A stretch of 64,000 nucleotides of DNA from Camelus dromedarius (taxonomy: Eukaryota): the NCBI RefSeq assembly GCF_036321535.1, contig NC_087445.1, positions 78,182,001 through 78,246,000 of the forward strand. Direction: 5' to 3'. Both the position numbers and the translations under genes were made by a program. Positions within the stretch are counted from its first letter, which is position 1; the number at the start of each line of letters is the position of its first letter. Of this stretch, positions 36,048-49,408 are shown in pieces. The notes under the pieces were generated by a model. The model was not told the origin of the DNA and searched no databases. It saw only the letters and a list, made by a program, of their open reading frames with translations.

Positions 36048-37161
36048 CTCCGGAAGCAACTCAGTGGCCTGGCTCCCGCCTGTCTGTCCTTCAGCCCTTA
36101 CTCCCAGCTGGCTCTGGCCAACTCCCCGGGGAGCCGAGCACCCCCTCTTGCTTTGGGCCTGGGTCTCCCTTCACCTGGGAGGCTGGTTCTAGCTGACACC
36201 CACGAGGGGCGGGCAGGGGCCCGCTAACTTTGCTCCCGGTGGGGTGGAGGAGTGGGGCTGGGTCAGCAGCCAGGACAGCTGAGGTCGTGTCCATCCCCAC
36301 CCCACCCCTCCTGGGGCTCTGATCTCAGCGGGGCCATCCAGCCCCGCCCCCTCAAGCTGCAGCTCAGGCTGGGCTGGCTTGGAGCTGGCGCCTGGTCAGC
36401 AGCTAACCCTAGGCAGGGCCCACAGCCTGCCCCCGGCCCCCAGCCAGGAGAGGGGTGAGGCCTCAGGGAGTGTTTGAAGGTGTGGAACTAGTGCACTCAG
36501 ACTGGCAGGGGTAAGGGCGTGGGGGAGGTAGCTGGAGTGCCTGTGACCCCCAGACTTGGACATGCTGGAGACAGGCCACCCTCACCTCCCCTCTGGCTCT
36601 CTGAGATCCCCAAGCCTCTGGCCTGGGCTTCAAGAGCACGCAGCCCTGCCCTCTCGCCAGGCCTCTGGCACCAAAGCTGACCCAGTGCCCCGGGGCGCGG
36701 TCTCCCCCCACCAGCCCTGCCCTTGACCTCCTACAATCCCCCAGATTCCCGGATGGAGTGGCCGTTCTCAGGCGCCTGTCCCGGGCCCTCCTGGCTCACA
36801 ATGTGCAGTGCTCCCTGCAGCCCGCCCACCAGGCCCCCAGCCAGGCTGACTTCAGCCAGGCCCTGCAGATGCACCAGGGGTTGTGAGGCTCAAAGGTGAG
36901 GGAGAGTTTCTGGGAAGGCTTCCTGGAAGAAGGGGCCTGGGGTCCTGCTTGAGCTGAGGGCTGGCGGCCACATCTGGCCAGAACTTACCTCCCCTTGCTT
37001 TGGGACATCTGGTGGCCCCTCCCTAGGAGGAAACACTGGGGATGGGTGGAGCCAGGTGGAGGGAGCTGGGCCAGCTGCTGCAGGGTGTAACCTGGCCAGG
37101 AGCCTATCGCAGTGGGCTCTGTCCCAGGCCAGCAGGCCAGCGCCTCAGGGCACCTTGGGGG

Positions 37162-37168
37162 CATAAAA
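37162..37168 (+). promoter_or_regulatory. LCNL1 TATA-like box
   Basis: CATAAAA about 72 nt before the ATG. Confidence 0.65.
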
Positions 37169-37233
37169 GTGCAGTGGGAGAGGCAACCCCAACTCTCCTG
37201 CCCTGCTCGGCGCCCGTGCAGTCTAGGAGAGCC

Positions 37234-39234
<2,001 letters not shown>

Positions 39235-39571
39235 GTGAGTTCCCGGGGGCTGCCTGGACACCCCTCCTAAGACCACAGTGCCTGGCGCCCTGCTGACCCA
39301 GGGAGGCCCCTCCTGCCCAGAGGGCTGCGCTATGGGGGTCTTGTGGGCAGGGGTGGGGATTGTCCCATAGAATCAAACTGGGACACGAGCAGCGGTGGGG
39401 AGGGACAGAGTGGGGCCCCCTGAGGCTGGGCCCGGGGAGGGCAGGAGGAGGTGAGAGGATGCCGCCCACCCCAACAGGTGCCACTCAGTTTCCAGTGAGG
39501 GCTGCAGCCATGGAGTGTGAGCGGGGAGGAGGCCATGATGTCAGCTGCTCCGTGTACCCGACCCTCCTCAC

Positions 39572-39611
39572 AATAAACTCCTCTCCACCCCCACCCTTCC
39601 AGCACAATAAA
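39572..39611 (+). terminator. Tandem LCNL1 poly(A) signals
   Basis: AATAAA at 39572-39577 and 39606-39611. A GTGAGT donor follows the stop directly, as in PTGDS, implying a non-coding exon 7. Confidence 0.75.
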
Positions 39612-39929
39612 CAATACCTCTAAAAGCCAAAGCTGTGCGTTTCTTGGGAGTAAGGGCAGGAATGGGGGGAGGGGCAGAGGAGCCAAGTGGACTGGGGTAG
39701 AGGTGCCCCAGGGCCTGCAGCCCCCGGGCCTGGGACCGGCCCTCCCCAAGAGGGACAGTGCAGGTCTCTGGCTCCAACCCCAACTCCCAAGGGCAGCGCT
39801 TGCACGACTGGGTCCCGGGGCCAGGCAGGCTCCTCGGGCTGCTGGACAAGGGCCGGCCGGGGCTTCCCTGGGTCCCCTGCAGACCCCGGCCCTGGGACTC
39901 CAGTTGCTGTCCTTGCTCCGCAGCACAGA

Positions 39930-40330
39930 CCTCTGCGCAGCCATGGGAGAGCGCGCGGTGCCGGACCGACGCCAAGTGCGCAGCTGGGCTCCAGTGGGGG
40001 ACAGACCTCTCTGCCTCGCGGGTCCCCCCAAACCCCAACCTGATGGGTGTCGGGGCCACTTCCGTCCGCGGGTGGCCTTCCAGCACCCCTTCTTTCTGAC
40101 TCCCTCCTGCAAGGCGGAGCTCTGTCCTGCCGTCGTGTCTGTGAGGGAAAAACCGCTGTCCTTTCCCGAAGCCCTGAAGCGCTGGAGGGTAAAATGGCGT
40201 CTGTAACGTGACTAGTTCAGAAAGATACACCACCAGGCGACAGCGCGTCGGAACGCTGACCGCCGCTCCATCTGGGTGATGGCTTGTGACGCTAGCACTT
40301 CTGCTCTTCAGCCGCTTAGACGTTTTCCAT
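39930..40330. promoter_or_regulatory. Small CpG-rich element downstream of LCNL1 with a YY1-type AAAATGGCG
   Basis: CpG cluster, with AAAATGGCG at 40191-40199. Confidence 0.4.
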
Positions 40331-40599
40331 TAAAATACAGCCCTGTCCTGCCAGACACGATCTGGGCCCTTCTGAGTGAAGAGCCCCCACAGCCCGGGAG
40401 CCCCGGACAGCCCTTCCACGCCTGCACCCAACGCCTGGGGCCCGCCGCTGCCCCTGCTGCCCAGCCCACCTGTGAGCTCCGGCCTCCCGTGGACACCACC
40501 GGGGCGGGGACCTGGCCAGTCTGCCCCTGCCTGCAGCCTGACACCAGTCTGGGCTGACACCCCTCCTATCCTCCCACCTAGACCAGCGTCTGCAGAGAG

Positions 40600-42480
40600 A
40601 GGCTGGTGATAAGTCAGCTGATCTACTGAGTGACGGACCTATCAGTCACTGATTCACTGGTTGTCATTTGGCTTCCATGTAGACCAAGAGAAGAAGGGGT
40701 GGAAAGTGCCACGGTGGCAACAGGAGAGATTCAAGGCAGAGAGAGGGGAGACCTGCACAGGCAGTTTCTCCGGCAGGCTCCCAGCCCCCGACATCCCCCA
40801 CTGACCGTTCCCTCCCAGGTCCCCTGGGAAAGATCAGGAGTGAGGAGACGCAGTTTACACTTCATGACCTCATGGACACCATTCATTCCGAGGGAGGGTC
40901 TGTTGGAGGGGCAACCCCCGCAGAGCCCCTGTGGACCCAGGAAGGGTCAACCCCTTGGCACCTGCAGATCAGCCCAGGATCATCTTGTCCTGCACTCCCT
41001 GCTCCGGCCACACGAGGGCAGCCCTCAGCCTGTTCTCCACCCTGCAGCCCAGGGATGTGTGTGCAAGGTCAGCTGCTGCCCTCCTCTGCTCACAGCTGAC
41101 CCAGTGGACCCCATCTCACTGAGAGTAAAGGCCAAAGTCCCTCCGATCGGCCCTCGTCTGATCCCACCACTGTTATTGCAAAGAACCAGGACGTTGGAAA
41201 AAAGACTGTCCCAAGCTTAAGCACTCCAGGTCCCTTCAGCCCTCTAACCAGCCTTTCCGATGTCCTCCTAACCCCCACGGACGGGGTTCCAAGGAACTGT
41301 AAATGCTCCTCCCAAGCTCTCTCTGTCTCTTTTTTCCCCTAAACCGTCTCTTTTCTTTTTTCCAATCCTCCCTCTTAGTCAGCTCTGATTGGTTATTGAT
41401 TATTTCCATTGACAATTGGAATAGAAAAGAGTTCTCTATGCACTAAACTGAGGACTGCACCCCAGAAGACACAGATGCAAGAAACACTTGAACTGTGTTC
41501 ACTGGGCTACAAAGGAAGGGAGGCTTACACAGGTAAAAACTGCAGAGTTATAGAAGTTGTTTGTCAAGAATTAAAATCAGAGCTGGCAAGAAGTAAGGGT
41601 GCTTATTAAGCAAGAATTGGTTGGGGCCCAAAATGCATAGTTTCAAGGAGAGACCTTGAGACCATATGGTAACTGGTGACAGATGCTGGCAGATACCATT
41701 CTGAGAATGGCTGGTGGTGTCCTTGACTCTCATATAGTTCAGAAAATTCAAGTTCTCAGTGATGTCGGAACTGTCTGAAACCACTTCCACAGTGATCGCC
41801 TGGCTGCACCCTGGATACCTGAACCACAGTTTTATATCTTGTCAGAACAATGAGCAAACATCAGACATGAGAGGGGCACATGTCTTCACAGTCTCAGAAC
41901 AGACAGATCAGCACATGCACAGCAAGGCAGCAGGACCTTGGTATCTGGGAAAGGATTCTCACCTGCGAAGGACATTGGCGTCATTGGACAGGGGAAGGAT
42001 ATTTATCCCTGTCTTCGAAGTGGACATTCTAAACAACCTGGTGATGCTTCCTCCTCCTTTTTCCTCTTTTGGTTAAAGCAGATACACAATCTATGTTTGA
42101 CATAGACAGGCTGTTCTAGTTAGCATAAAGTTCAAGTCAAATCATGCATAATTCAGAATGACTTCCCCATAATTCAATATGTGAAAATCTTTTTCATCAA
42201 CTGTATCTTCCCAAAGTGCTTTTTCATTCTTTCAGCTGTGAGTGTGTGCTTGCTGTTCTAAGACACAGACTTCAGATGGGAAATTCCTGAGAGATCTCCC
42301 TCCTACTCCTCCTTGTTACTCGAATGTGACCTCAGTAGGTTTCCAGCCCATGCACTTTCCGAACTTCCACGTGGGACACGACACCCAGGAAAGGTCTTTC
42401 CTGGCATAGAGAGAGAAAAAGTCACTGAACCCAGGAAAGACATGACTGCTGATCAGCAATGCTTGCAGAGTAAGATCTTG
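40600..42480. mobile_element. Probable degraded ERV-derived sequence
   Basis: AT-richer block next to the LTR with no intact ORF. Family not assignable by eye. Confidence 0.25.
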
Positions 42481-42496
42481 AGCAAAGCAGGGGAAA

Positions 42497-42917
42497 TGTG
42501 AAAATTAAGAGACGGAAACCTCATTTAAAATGGAGTCAGGAGGCCAGAAAGGGGAGCTCTCACATCTACTGCTCAGCCTCAATTTCAGACTCAACAGGAA
42601 GAAGGTTACTACTTACTACCCAGCAGGAGGAAGGGAGATTTTCTCCCTGCCCGGCAACAGCCCAGCCAACGAGAGACCATCACAGCTCAGCCAGTGAAAA
42701 GCCACTACACCTCCAACTCCCAGTTTCCTCCAACAGACTCTTTGTTTAGATCAGCCCTTCCCAACTCCCCTTTCCCCTCTATAAAAGAGTTTCTTCTTTG
42801 TTTTCCAGATTTCCTGTGGTTCGCCATAGATCATGTCCTGAATTGAAATTCTTTGCTGTTCCCCAATGAACATTTTGCTGGCAAAATAATTGGGTATGTT
42901 ATTGTTTTAGGTCAACA
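42497..42917 (+). mobile_element. ERV1-like LTR
   Basis: TG...CA ends (TGTGAAAATT...GGTCAACA), AAAATGGAGTC near the 5' end, TATAAAA at 42780. No clear TSD. Confidence 0.6.
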
Positions 42918-42919
42918 CA

Positions 42920-42990
42920 TACAAGGTAACATTCACAAGTTCCAGGGATTGGGACTGACATCTTTAGGGGTCATTATGCAGCCTACCGCA
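42920..42990 (+). mobile_element. 3' end fragment of an MLT1 LTR
   Basis: AGGTAACATTCACAAGTTCCAGGGATT...ACATCTTTAGGGGTCATTATGCAGCCTACC resembles MLT1 termini. Confidence 0.5.
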
Positions 42991-43554
42991 TTTTACCTAG
43001 AAACAATCTCCCAGGTCCTGAGCACGTGCTGAAGGCTGGTGACTCCACGCTGACATCTCTGGACTTGACCCTTCCTCTAGATTAGAGTCTGTGTACACAA
43101 CAGCGCCATCAGACATACAGCCACATCAGGAGCTCGCATGACGGAGAGTCCCCCATGTCCTCTCCAATCCTGCTTCAGCCCAGTTATCTCAGGGAGGGCA
43201 TTTCCACTCTCCCTATATGCAGGTGTCATCTGTGACCCCTCCCTCCCCTCCCCCCTAGTATTCTCCCTGACCCCCTGCCCTCCACCCCTGCAGCCCTTGG
43301 TCACCTCTCTTCATGGCACTCAACATGCTTTGTACACATAAATCAGAAGTGCCACTCCCCACCCCACTGCTGCTTAAACCCTCCAACGGCTCCCCACTCT
43401 GCACTCATTCTTTCATGATATTTATTGCATATCTCTATGTGCCAGGCACTGTTTAAACACTAGGATACAATGGCAAATAAAACAGAAAGAAAGCCCTGTC
43501 TTTGAGGACCTCATGGGAGAAATGGGCAATAAACAGGATAAATGTTTATTTAGA

Positions 43555-44079
43555 TGTATTAGTCACCTATTGCTGAAAAACAAATTACCCCGAAAGTCAA
43601 TGGCTTAAAAAGATAAGCGTGTATTGTTCCCAATTTGTGAAGGCTAGGCGTCTGGTCCTGGGTGCTCTGGGCCCTCTGGCAGAAGATCTCTCATGAGGCT
43701 GCAGTCAAGCTACTGCCTGGGGCTGCATTCTTATCAGAAGGCTCAGCTGCAAGGGAGGCAGTGCTCTAGCTCCCTCACTGGTGGTGGCCAGGCCTCGGTC
43801 CCGTATCACATGAATGTGGTGGCCAGGCCTCAGTCCCGCATCACATGGATGTGGTGGCCAGGCCTCGGTCCTGCATCACATGGATGTCTCCACGGGGCCG
43901 CCTCATGTCATGGTGAGCAATCCCAGAGAAAGAACGAGGTGACAGCCCATCACTTCTGCCATATTCTATTGCCTAGAAGCCAGTTATTCGATCCAGCCCA
44001 TGCTCGGGGGAGGGATACACAAAGGTGTAAACACAGGAGGCAGACATGTTTGGGGGCCATCTTTGAGGCTGCTGTCACA
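43555..44079 (+). mobile_element. MLT1-type MaLR LTR with an internal 35-bp x3 tandem repeat
   Basis: TGTATTAGT...AAATTACCCC start and GGGGGCCATCTTTGAGGCTG...CACA end. Confidence 0.65.
43781..43885 (+). repeat. 35-bp tandem repeat x3
   Basis: GTGGTGGCCAGGCCTCrGTCCyGyATCACATGrAT at 43781, 43816 and 43851. Confidence 0.92.
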
Positions 44080-44859
44080 TGTACATGAGAGTGTACTTTA
44101 TACAGTGACAAGTTGGAAAACAAATAAAAAGAAGAGGAGAGGGGACCTGAGATGCTGATCAGGGCGTTGAAATCATATATAAGGCAATAGCGAAGACTTC
44201 CTTGAGAAGGTGATTTTTGAATAAAGGTCTGAATGAAGTGAGTGAGTCTGGAGAAAGGGCGTGCCAGGCAGAGACAACAGCATATGCAAAGGTCCTGGGG
44301 GCAGGAGCCTCCTGGGGGTGAGGGGAGAACTGAGGGTTGTGAAATAGGAGAAAGTAGGAGATTAGGCAGGCTGGGCTGCAGGCATATTTGAAATACATTA
44401 GCTTAGCTTACAAACCCACCTGCCGCCTCTTTATGGCCACAGTGTGGTCACCCTGGCCTTCTGCAAAGCCCTGAGCATAACTGTTCTGTGTCCGCTGTGG
44501 CGCTTCTGTAGTGACTGCCCCCCCCCCCCCCCCCGCCTGGTACACCCTCTCCTGGTGTGCTCCGTCCCTCTCTTCTTCCAGGTCACAGCTCAAACGGCAC
44601 TTCGCACTACCCGAGAATTTCATGTTTCGCTTGTTCATTTGTCCATCCCATAAGCTCTCACAAGCTTCAGGAGATCAGAGACCTTGTCTGCTGATCACGG
44701 TGAGCTCAAGGCCTGGGACAACACGAGGCAGAGACGAGGTGCTGGGTGAACATTGTGGGATGGATGCACGAGTGGCAGAAGCCTTTTAAACCGGTTACCG
44801 TAATTCATTCACTTTTGTACTTTGACTTGTTACAGCTGATGTTAGGAAGCTGGTTGCAG

Positions 44860-45620
44860 AGGCCGGGGGAAGCCGCGGGGACCGCACGGGGGTCAAAGCA
44901 GGCTGAGACCTGAGCGGTTAGGGGAACCGGGCACTCAGCGGGGACAGCGGGCATGCAGCGGGGTACGGCCCGAAGAGGCCACCAAGTGGGCGTGGGGCTC
45001 AGACGCCCGGACTGCGCTGCGCAGCCCTTGTCACGCGGGAACACAGCTCGGGACTGGCCAGCCCCGGAGCCCCGCCCCGCGCCAGGCCCCGCCCCATCAG
45101 CGCAGGCCCCGCCCCATGAGGAGGCCCAGCTAGCCCCGCCCCGCGCAGGCCCCGTGGGAGCCTCTCGGCTCTGTCCCACCTCGCTCCCAAGTCCGCCCAC
45201 TGGCGCAGGCCCCGCCCCCGCTCCGGAAGGCATCCGCCTGCGCAGGCGCCCTAGGCCCGGAGCCGTGTGCATCGCATCCCTCCGGCCGGCGAAGCGTCAT
45301 GGTGTCGCCGCCGCCGCTGTCGCCGCCGCTCTGCACGCTGCCGCCCGGCCCTGGGCCCCCGCGCTTCGTGTGCTACTGCGAGGGGGAGGGAAGCGGGGCC
45401 GGGGACCGCGGGGCCTTCAACTTCTAGTGAGTAGAGGGGACCGTAGGCCTGTGAGCGGCGCGGGCAGCTCTGCAGGCGGTCCCGCCTGACAGTTCCCCCC
45501 GCCTCCACCAGTGTGACAGACGCCGCGGAGCTTTGGAGCACCTGCTTCACGCCGGACAGCCTGGCGGCCCTGGTGGGTAACGGGACTCCTGGGCGGCCGG
45601 TAGCCCCCAGCACCCAACAC
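44860..45620. promoter_or_regulatory. PAXX CpG-island promoter
   Basis: CpG-rich, with repeated CCCCGCCC boxes, CCGGAA, and an NRF1-like TGCGCAGGCGC at 45239-45249. Confidence 0.8.
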
Positions 45621-46677
45621 CTGCAGGGCGGACCACCTGTGGGATCGAGGGGGGCAGTCTGGGATTCCCTGGAAGGGTCTGGGCACCCTTCCCATGGCTC
45701 TGTAGCTGTGGTCCTAAGATTGGTCACAGGCACATCTGGGTGGGGCAGGTTTGGGGTGTTCCCAGTGGTTCTAGGGTCTCAGGCACCTGGTGACCAGTCC
45801 CTGTGTCCTGTAGAAAGCCCGTTTTGGCCTGAGTGCGGCTGAAGACATCACCTCGCGGTTCAGGTGAGCCCCTGAGAAGGGAGGAGGGGTGGGTGGGGAG
45901 CGAGTGAGTGTGGCCACAGCACTCAGCCACCCTCCTTTCCCAGGGCGGCCTGTGAGCAGCAAGCTGTGGCTCTCACCCTGCAGGAGGACGGAGCATCCCT
46001 GACCCTGTCAGGGGGACCCTCGGTGCTGGGCTTTGACCTCTCCAAGGTGCCGGGCCCAGAGGCAGCCTCCAGGTTGCAGGCACTGACACTGGGCCTGGCA
46101 GAGCGTGTGTGCAGCCTGGAGCGGCGGCTGGCAGGTAGGATGGAGGGTGGGCATCTCACACCCTCACTGGGGTCCACCTGCCCGTGCCTCCATTCCGGCT
46201 TTTCCCGCAGCTGCTGCGGGGGAGACAGCCACCAGCCCCAGGAAGAGCTCCCGGCCAGCGGGGCCTCAGCTCTTCTTACCAGGTGAGGCCTGTCACCTAT
46301 GACTTGGGGTGGCACTGTGCTCATTCCTCTGTGGCTCAGTTTCCCCAGAACAAGCCTCAAGCTCCAGAGGAAGGATCTGCCTATATGGAAAAGGGGTTGT
46401 GGCCCTGGGATTCTGCTGGACTTAGGTGCTCCCCCTCATCCTGTTTCCCCCCAGACCCGGATCCTCAGAGAAGTGGCCCTGGACCTGGGGTCAAGAGGCG
46501 GTGTCCAGGAGAGTCTCTCATCAACCCCGGCTTCAAGAGGTACCCACCCACTCACCCCTCCCTCCTGCGCCGAGTCCAGCCCCAGACCCTGCCCGTCCCT
46601 CCACAACCCTATAGTGTCATCCTCTCTTCTCTCTCAGTAAGAAACCAGCTGGTGGTGTAGACTTCGATGACCCCTGA
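45299..46677 (+). CDS. PAXX: PAXX non-homologous end-joining factor (C9orf142), 7 exons, 208 aa
   Basis: Exons: 45299-45426, 45512-45572, 45814-45863, 45944-46134, 46211-46282, 46455-46539, 46638-46677 (627 nt). RFVCYCEGE, VTDAAELWSTCFTPDSL, and the C-terminal Ku-binding segment RCPGESLINPGFKSKKPAGGVDFDD. Confidence 0.97.
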
Positions 46678-46802
46678 AGGTGCAGCACAAAGTCTGACCC
46701 TGCCTGTGAGGGGAGGGGCAGCCTCAAAGACCCTGCCACCTGCACCTGCCCATCCTGCTGCCCAGCAGGAACAAACCTGCTCCTCGAGCCCCTTTTCCAT
46801 CA

Positions 46803-46808
46803 AATAAA
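46803..46808 (+). terminator. PAXX poly(A) signal AATAAA
   Basis: 126 nt after the stop. Confidence 0.85.
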
Positions 46809-47477
46809 CATCTTCCTCTGGCAGAAGTCATGGCCATGCTCTGGCTCCTGGGGGCTGGCTCCAGGAGAGGGCGCAGGGGACCCCCCCCCCCCGCCACTGC
46901 CTGTGAGCTGGGCACTGGGCCGCAGAAGGTAAACAGATGCATCAGACTTCGAGCTCCCAGGTGGAGTTGCCTGAGCTCTCCCGCCCTGCCCAGCTGTCCT
47001 GCCTGGCCAGCCCAGGAGCTGACAGGGCTGTGCAAGGCAGGGCCAGGGTTCTGCCAGGGTGGAACTCTTCCCACCCCACCGGGCACAGGGGCCTACGCCT
47101 CAGTGATGCAGACCCCCACGAGGAACACAGTAGATCTTGCAGGAGATGGGAGTGGCCTGCATGCCACCTGGGGCGGAGCAGAGGAATGTGGGCCCGCCTG
47201 TCCTCTGGCCTGGAGCCCTGAGTTGCCCAGATCAGGCTCTGCTCCCCACCCTCCTCGACCATCCTTCCACCCTGCCCTGGCCTGACTGGTTTGGGAGCCC
47301 AGTCCAGTCCCACCATCCCTGACGAGTAGAGGGATGGCCCCGCCCACCTGGCTCTCCGCCAATCCTTCCGGGCTGTCCTCTGGAGCTGAGACTCACAGTG
47401 GGAGCTTAGAGGTGGCAGAAATCGGGGGGGTCCCGGTCCTTCGGATGTGCGGACACACTCACTGAGGCAGAGATGCC

Positions 47478-47483
47478 TTTATG
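47478..47483 (-). terminator. Variant poly(A) signal CATAAA of CLIC3
   Basis: The minus strand reads CCCATAAAGGCATCT 44 nt after the stop. No minus-strand AATAAA was seen between here and PAXX. Confidence 0.5.
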
Positions 47484-47526
47484 GGGCTGCAGACGAGTGG
47501 GCGGGGTGGCGGGGGAGGCGGGGACG

Positions 47527-49408
47527 CTAGCGAGGGCGCACGGCGGGCCGGTAGGCCGCCAAGATCTCTGCGCTGTGCGGACACGTGTACTTGAACTCCT
47601 TCTCCTGCAGGGCGCTGTCCAGGTAGCGGCGGAGCCCGCGCAGCTCATCCGGGATGGGCGTCTGGCGGAAGTGCGCGCACACCGTCTACGGGCGCAGGGC
47701 GCGGTCAGGGTCTCCTCCAGGGTCTGTCCTGGCCCACCCCGCCCCTCCCGGCCCGGTGCTCACGTTGACGACGTGCAGCTTGGGCAGCAGGCCGCAGTCG
47801 GCCAGCGTGAGCTGATCGCCGTCTAGGAAGCGGCGGCGCGACTCGCGCAGCTTCGGCTCCCGCACCAGTTCGTGCTCCAGGGGCGCGCGCAGGTAGCTGT
47901 CCAGCTTGGCGAGGGCGCGCAGCAGCTGCTGGTACAGGGCTGGGGCGGGGGAGCGGCACGGTGAGGACCCGGCCGGGGGCCACTCCCCTCACCCTCGCCA
48001 CGCCTCCGGGCCCTCCTCACCATCATCCTGGGCGGGCACTGGGTTCTTGATGTAGGCGGAGAATTTGTGAAAGACGTCGTTGCCCGCCGCGATGGACTCC
48101 CGGTATCTGGGCGCCAGGCTGGGGAATCTGCAGGTGGAGGGGATTCGGGTCAGGCCTTGGCCGCGCGCTGCAGGCCCACTGTGTCCTTCCTGGGCTCTGT
48201 CCTGGAAGTGTCCTTCCTGAGGGCCCCATCTTTGTCCCTCCCACTGGTCCGGGTCCTCACTCAGGTGGGCCTAGCGTCTCCTCCAGAAACTCCTCGATCT
48301 GCAGCGTGTCCGTTTTGGCGTCACCGTCATAGAGCAGGATGGGCAGCTGCGAGCCAGGGGCGAAGTCCTTCAGCACATCTGGGGACCTGTGGGCACAAGG
48401 CAGGGAGGGAAGCGGCTGGCCCGGGGAGGGCAGAGGCCAGGGAGGGTCCTGGGCAGGCTTACCTGCGGGTGTCCACGGTGGTGAGGGTGAAGGGCACGCC
48501 CTTGAGAAGCAGGATCATGAAAAGCCTCTGACAAGAAGGGCAGTGTCCCACGCTTTCGCCGTCCTCGCTTGCCTGGAGGGGTGGAGTAGAGGGGCGTCGG
48601 GGAGGGAGCAGACCCTGGAATCCTGCCACCAGGCTGGGTGGGACCTGGCCTCCAACTGCCAAGAGGCTGGCACGGTGCCAGGGCCCCAGCTCAATCCAGC
48701 ACAGCCTTGACAAGTGGCCGCTGAGGGCCCTTGACTTGGTCCCTGGGAGGTAGGGAAGGTGCAGAGATGCTGAGGGCCCGAAGACTGGGTGAGGGCACAG
48801 GGGTGAGGGGTGTGGAGCAGGACCCTGGTTCTGGGGCCTGGCCCCTTGACCCTTATCTACAGAGGCTGGGCCCCTGGGCACCAGGCCCTGCAGGCTGGTG
48901 GCAGGGTGGGGTGGGCCAAGTGAGTTGTTTTTTGAGTGATTCATTCTGCCAAACTGGGCATCCTGCTGCCCTGGGCCCTGAGGGTGGGAGGAGGCCAGGC
49001 CCTGGCATCCCCCACACCGGGATCCACAGATCTGGGCCTCAGTGAGGCTGCCTGGCCCAGGTCCCTTCTGTGCCTCAACCCCAGCCTCACCTGGGCCTGG
49101 GCCACTGGCTCCCTGCTTGGCACATCCCTACTAAGGGGTTTTTTCTCCAGGAGGGCTGGGCAGGGCCCAGGAGTCAAGAGGAAATTGGGCTGGGGCCACC
49201 CCCAACCCTTCCCCCCGCTTTGCTGCCCCCACGTTAAGCAGCCTCGGTGGGACAGCCTGAGCCCACCGCAGGGGAATTAGTGCAGACGCTGTCCCAGAGA
49301 CCCACCCGCGCCTCAGCCTGCCCGCAGAGAACCCCTTTCCCCAGCCCTCCCCCAGCCCAGCCAGCCCAGCACCTTGACAAACAGCTGGAGCTTGGCCGTC
49401 TCAGCCAT
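47527..49408 (-). CDS. CLIC3: Chloride intracellular channel protein 3, 6 exons, 237 aa
   Basis: Exons: 49408-49373, 48572-48463, 48386-48261, 48127-48021, 47939-47764, 47685-47527 (714 nt). [30 protein letters not shown] (CxxC), [12 protein letters not shown], end YRPAVRPR*. Confidence 0.97.

Larger units (their letters stand above)
43250..44770. mobile_element. LINE-2 fragments flanking the MLT1 (about 43250-43550, 44130-44400, 44430-44770)
   Basis: L2 3'-type motifs TTTATTG...TGTGCCAGGCACTG, CCAGGCAGAG...CAGCATATGCAAAGGTCCTG and AGCTC...GCCTGGGACA. Confidence 0.5.

Noticed and set aside
40191-40212. TGGCGTCTGTAACG considered as a retroviral primer-binding site
   Set aside because: It does not match the tRNA 3' ends I recall and is not preceded by an LTR end.
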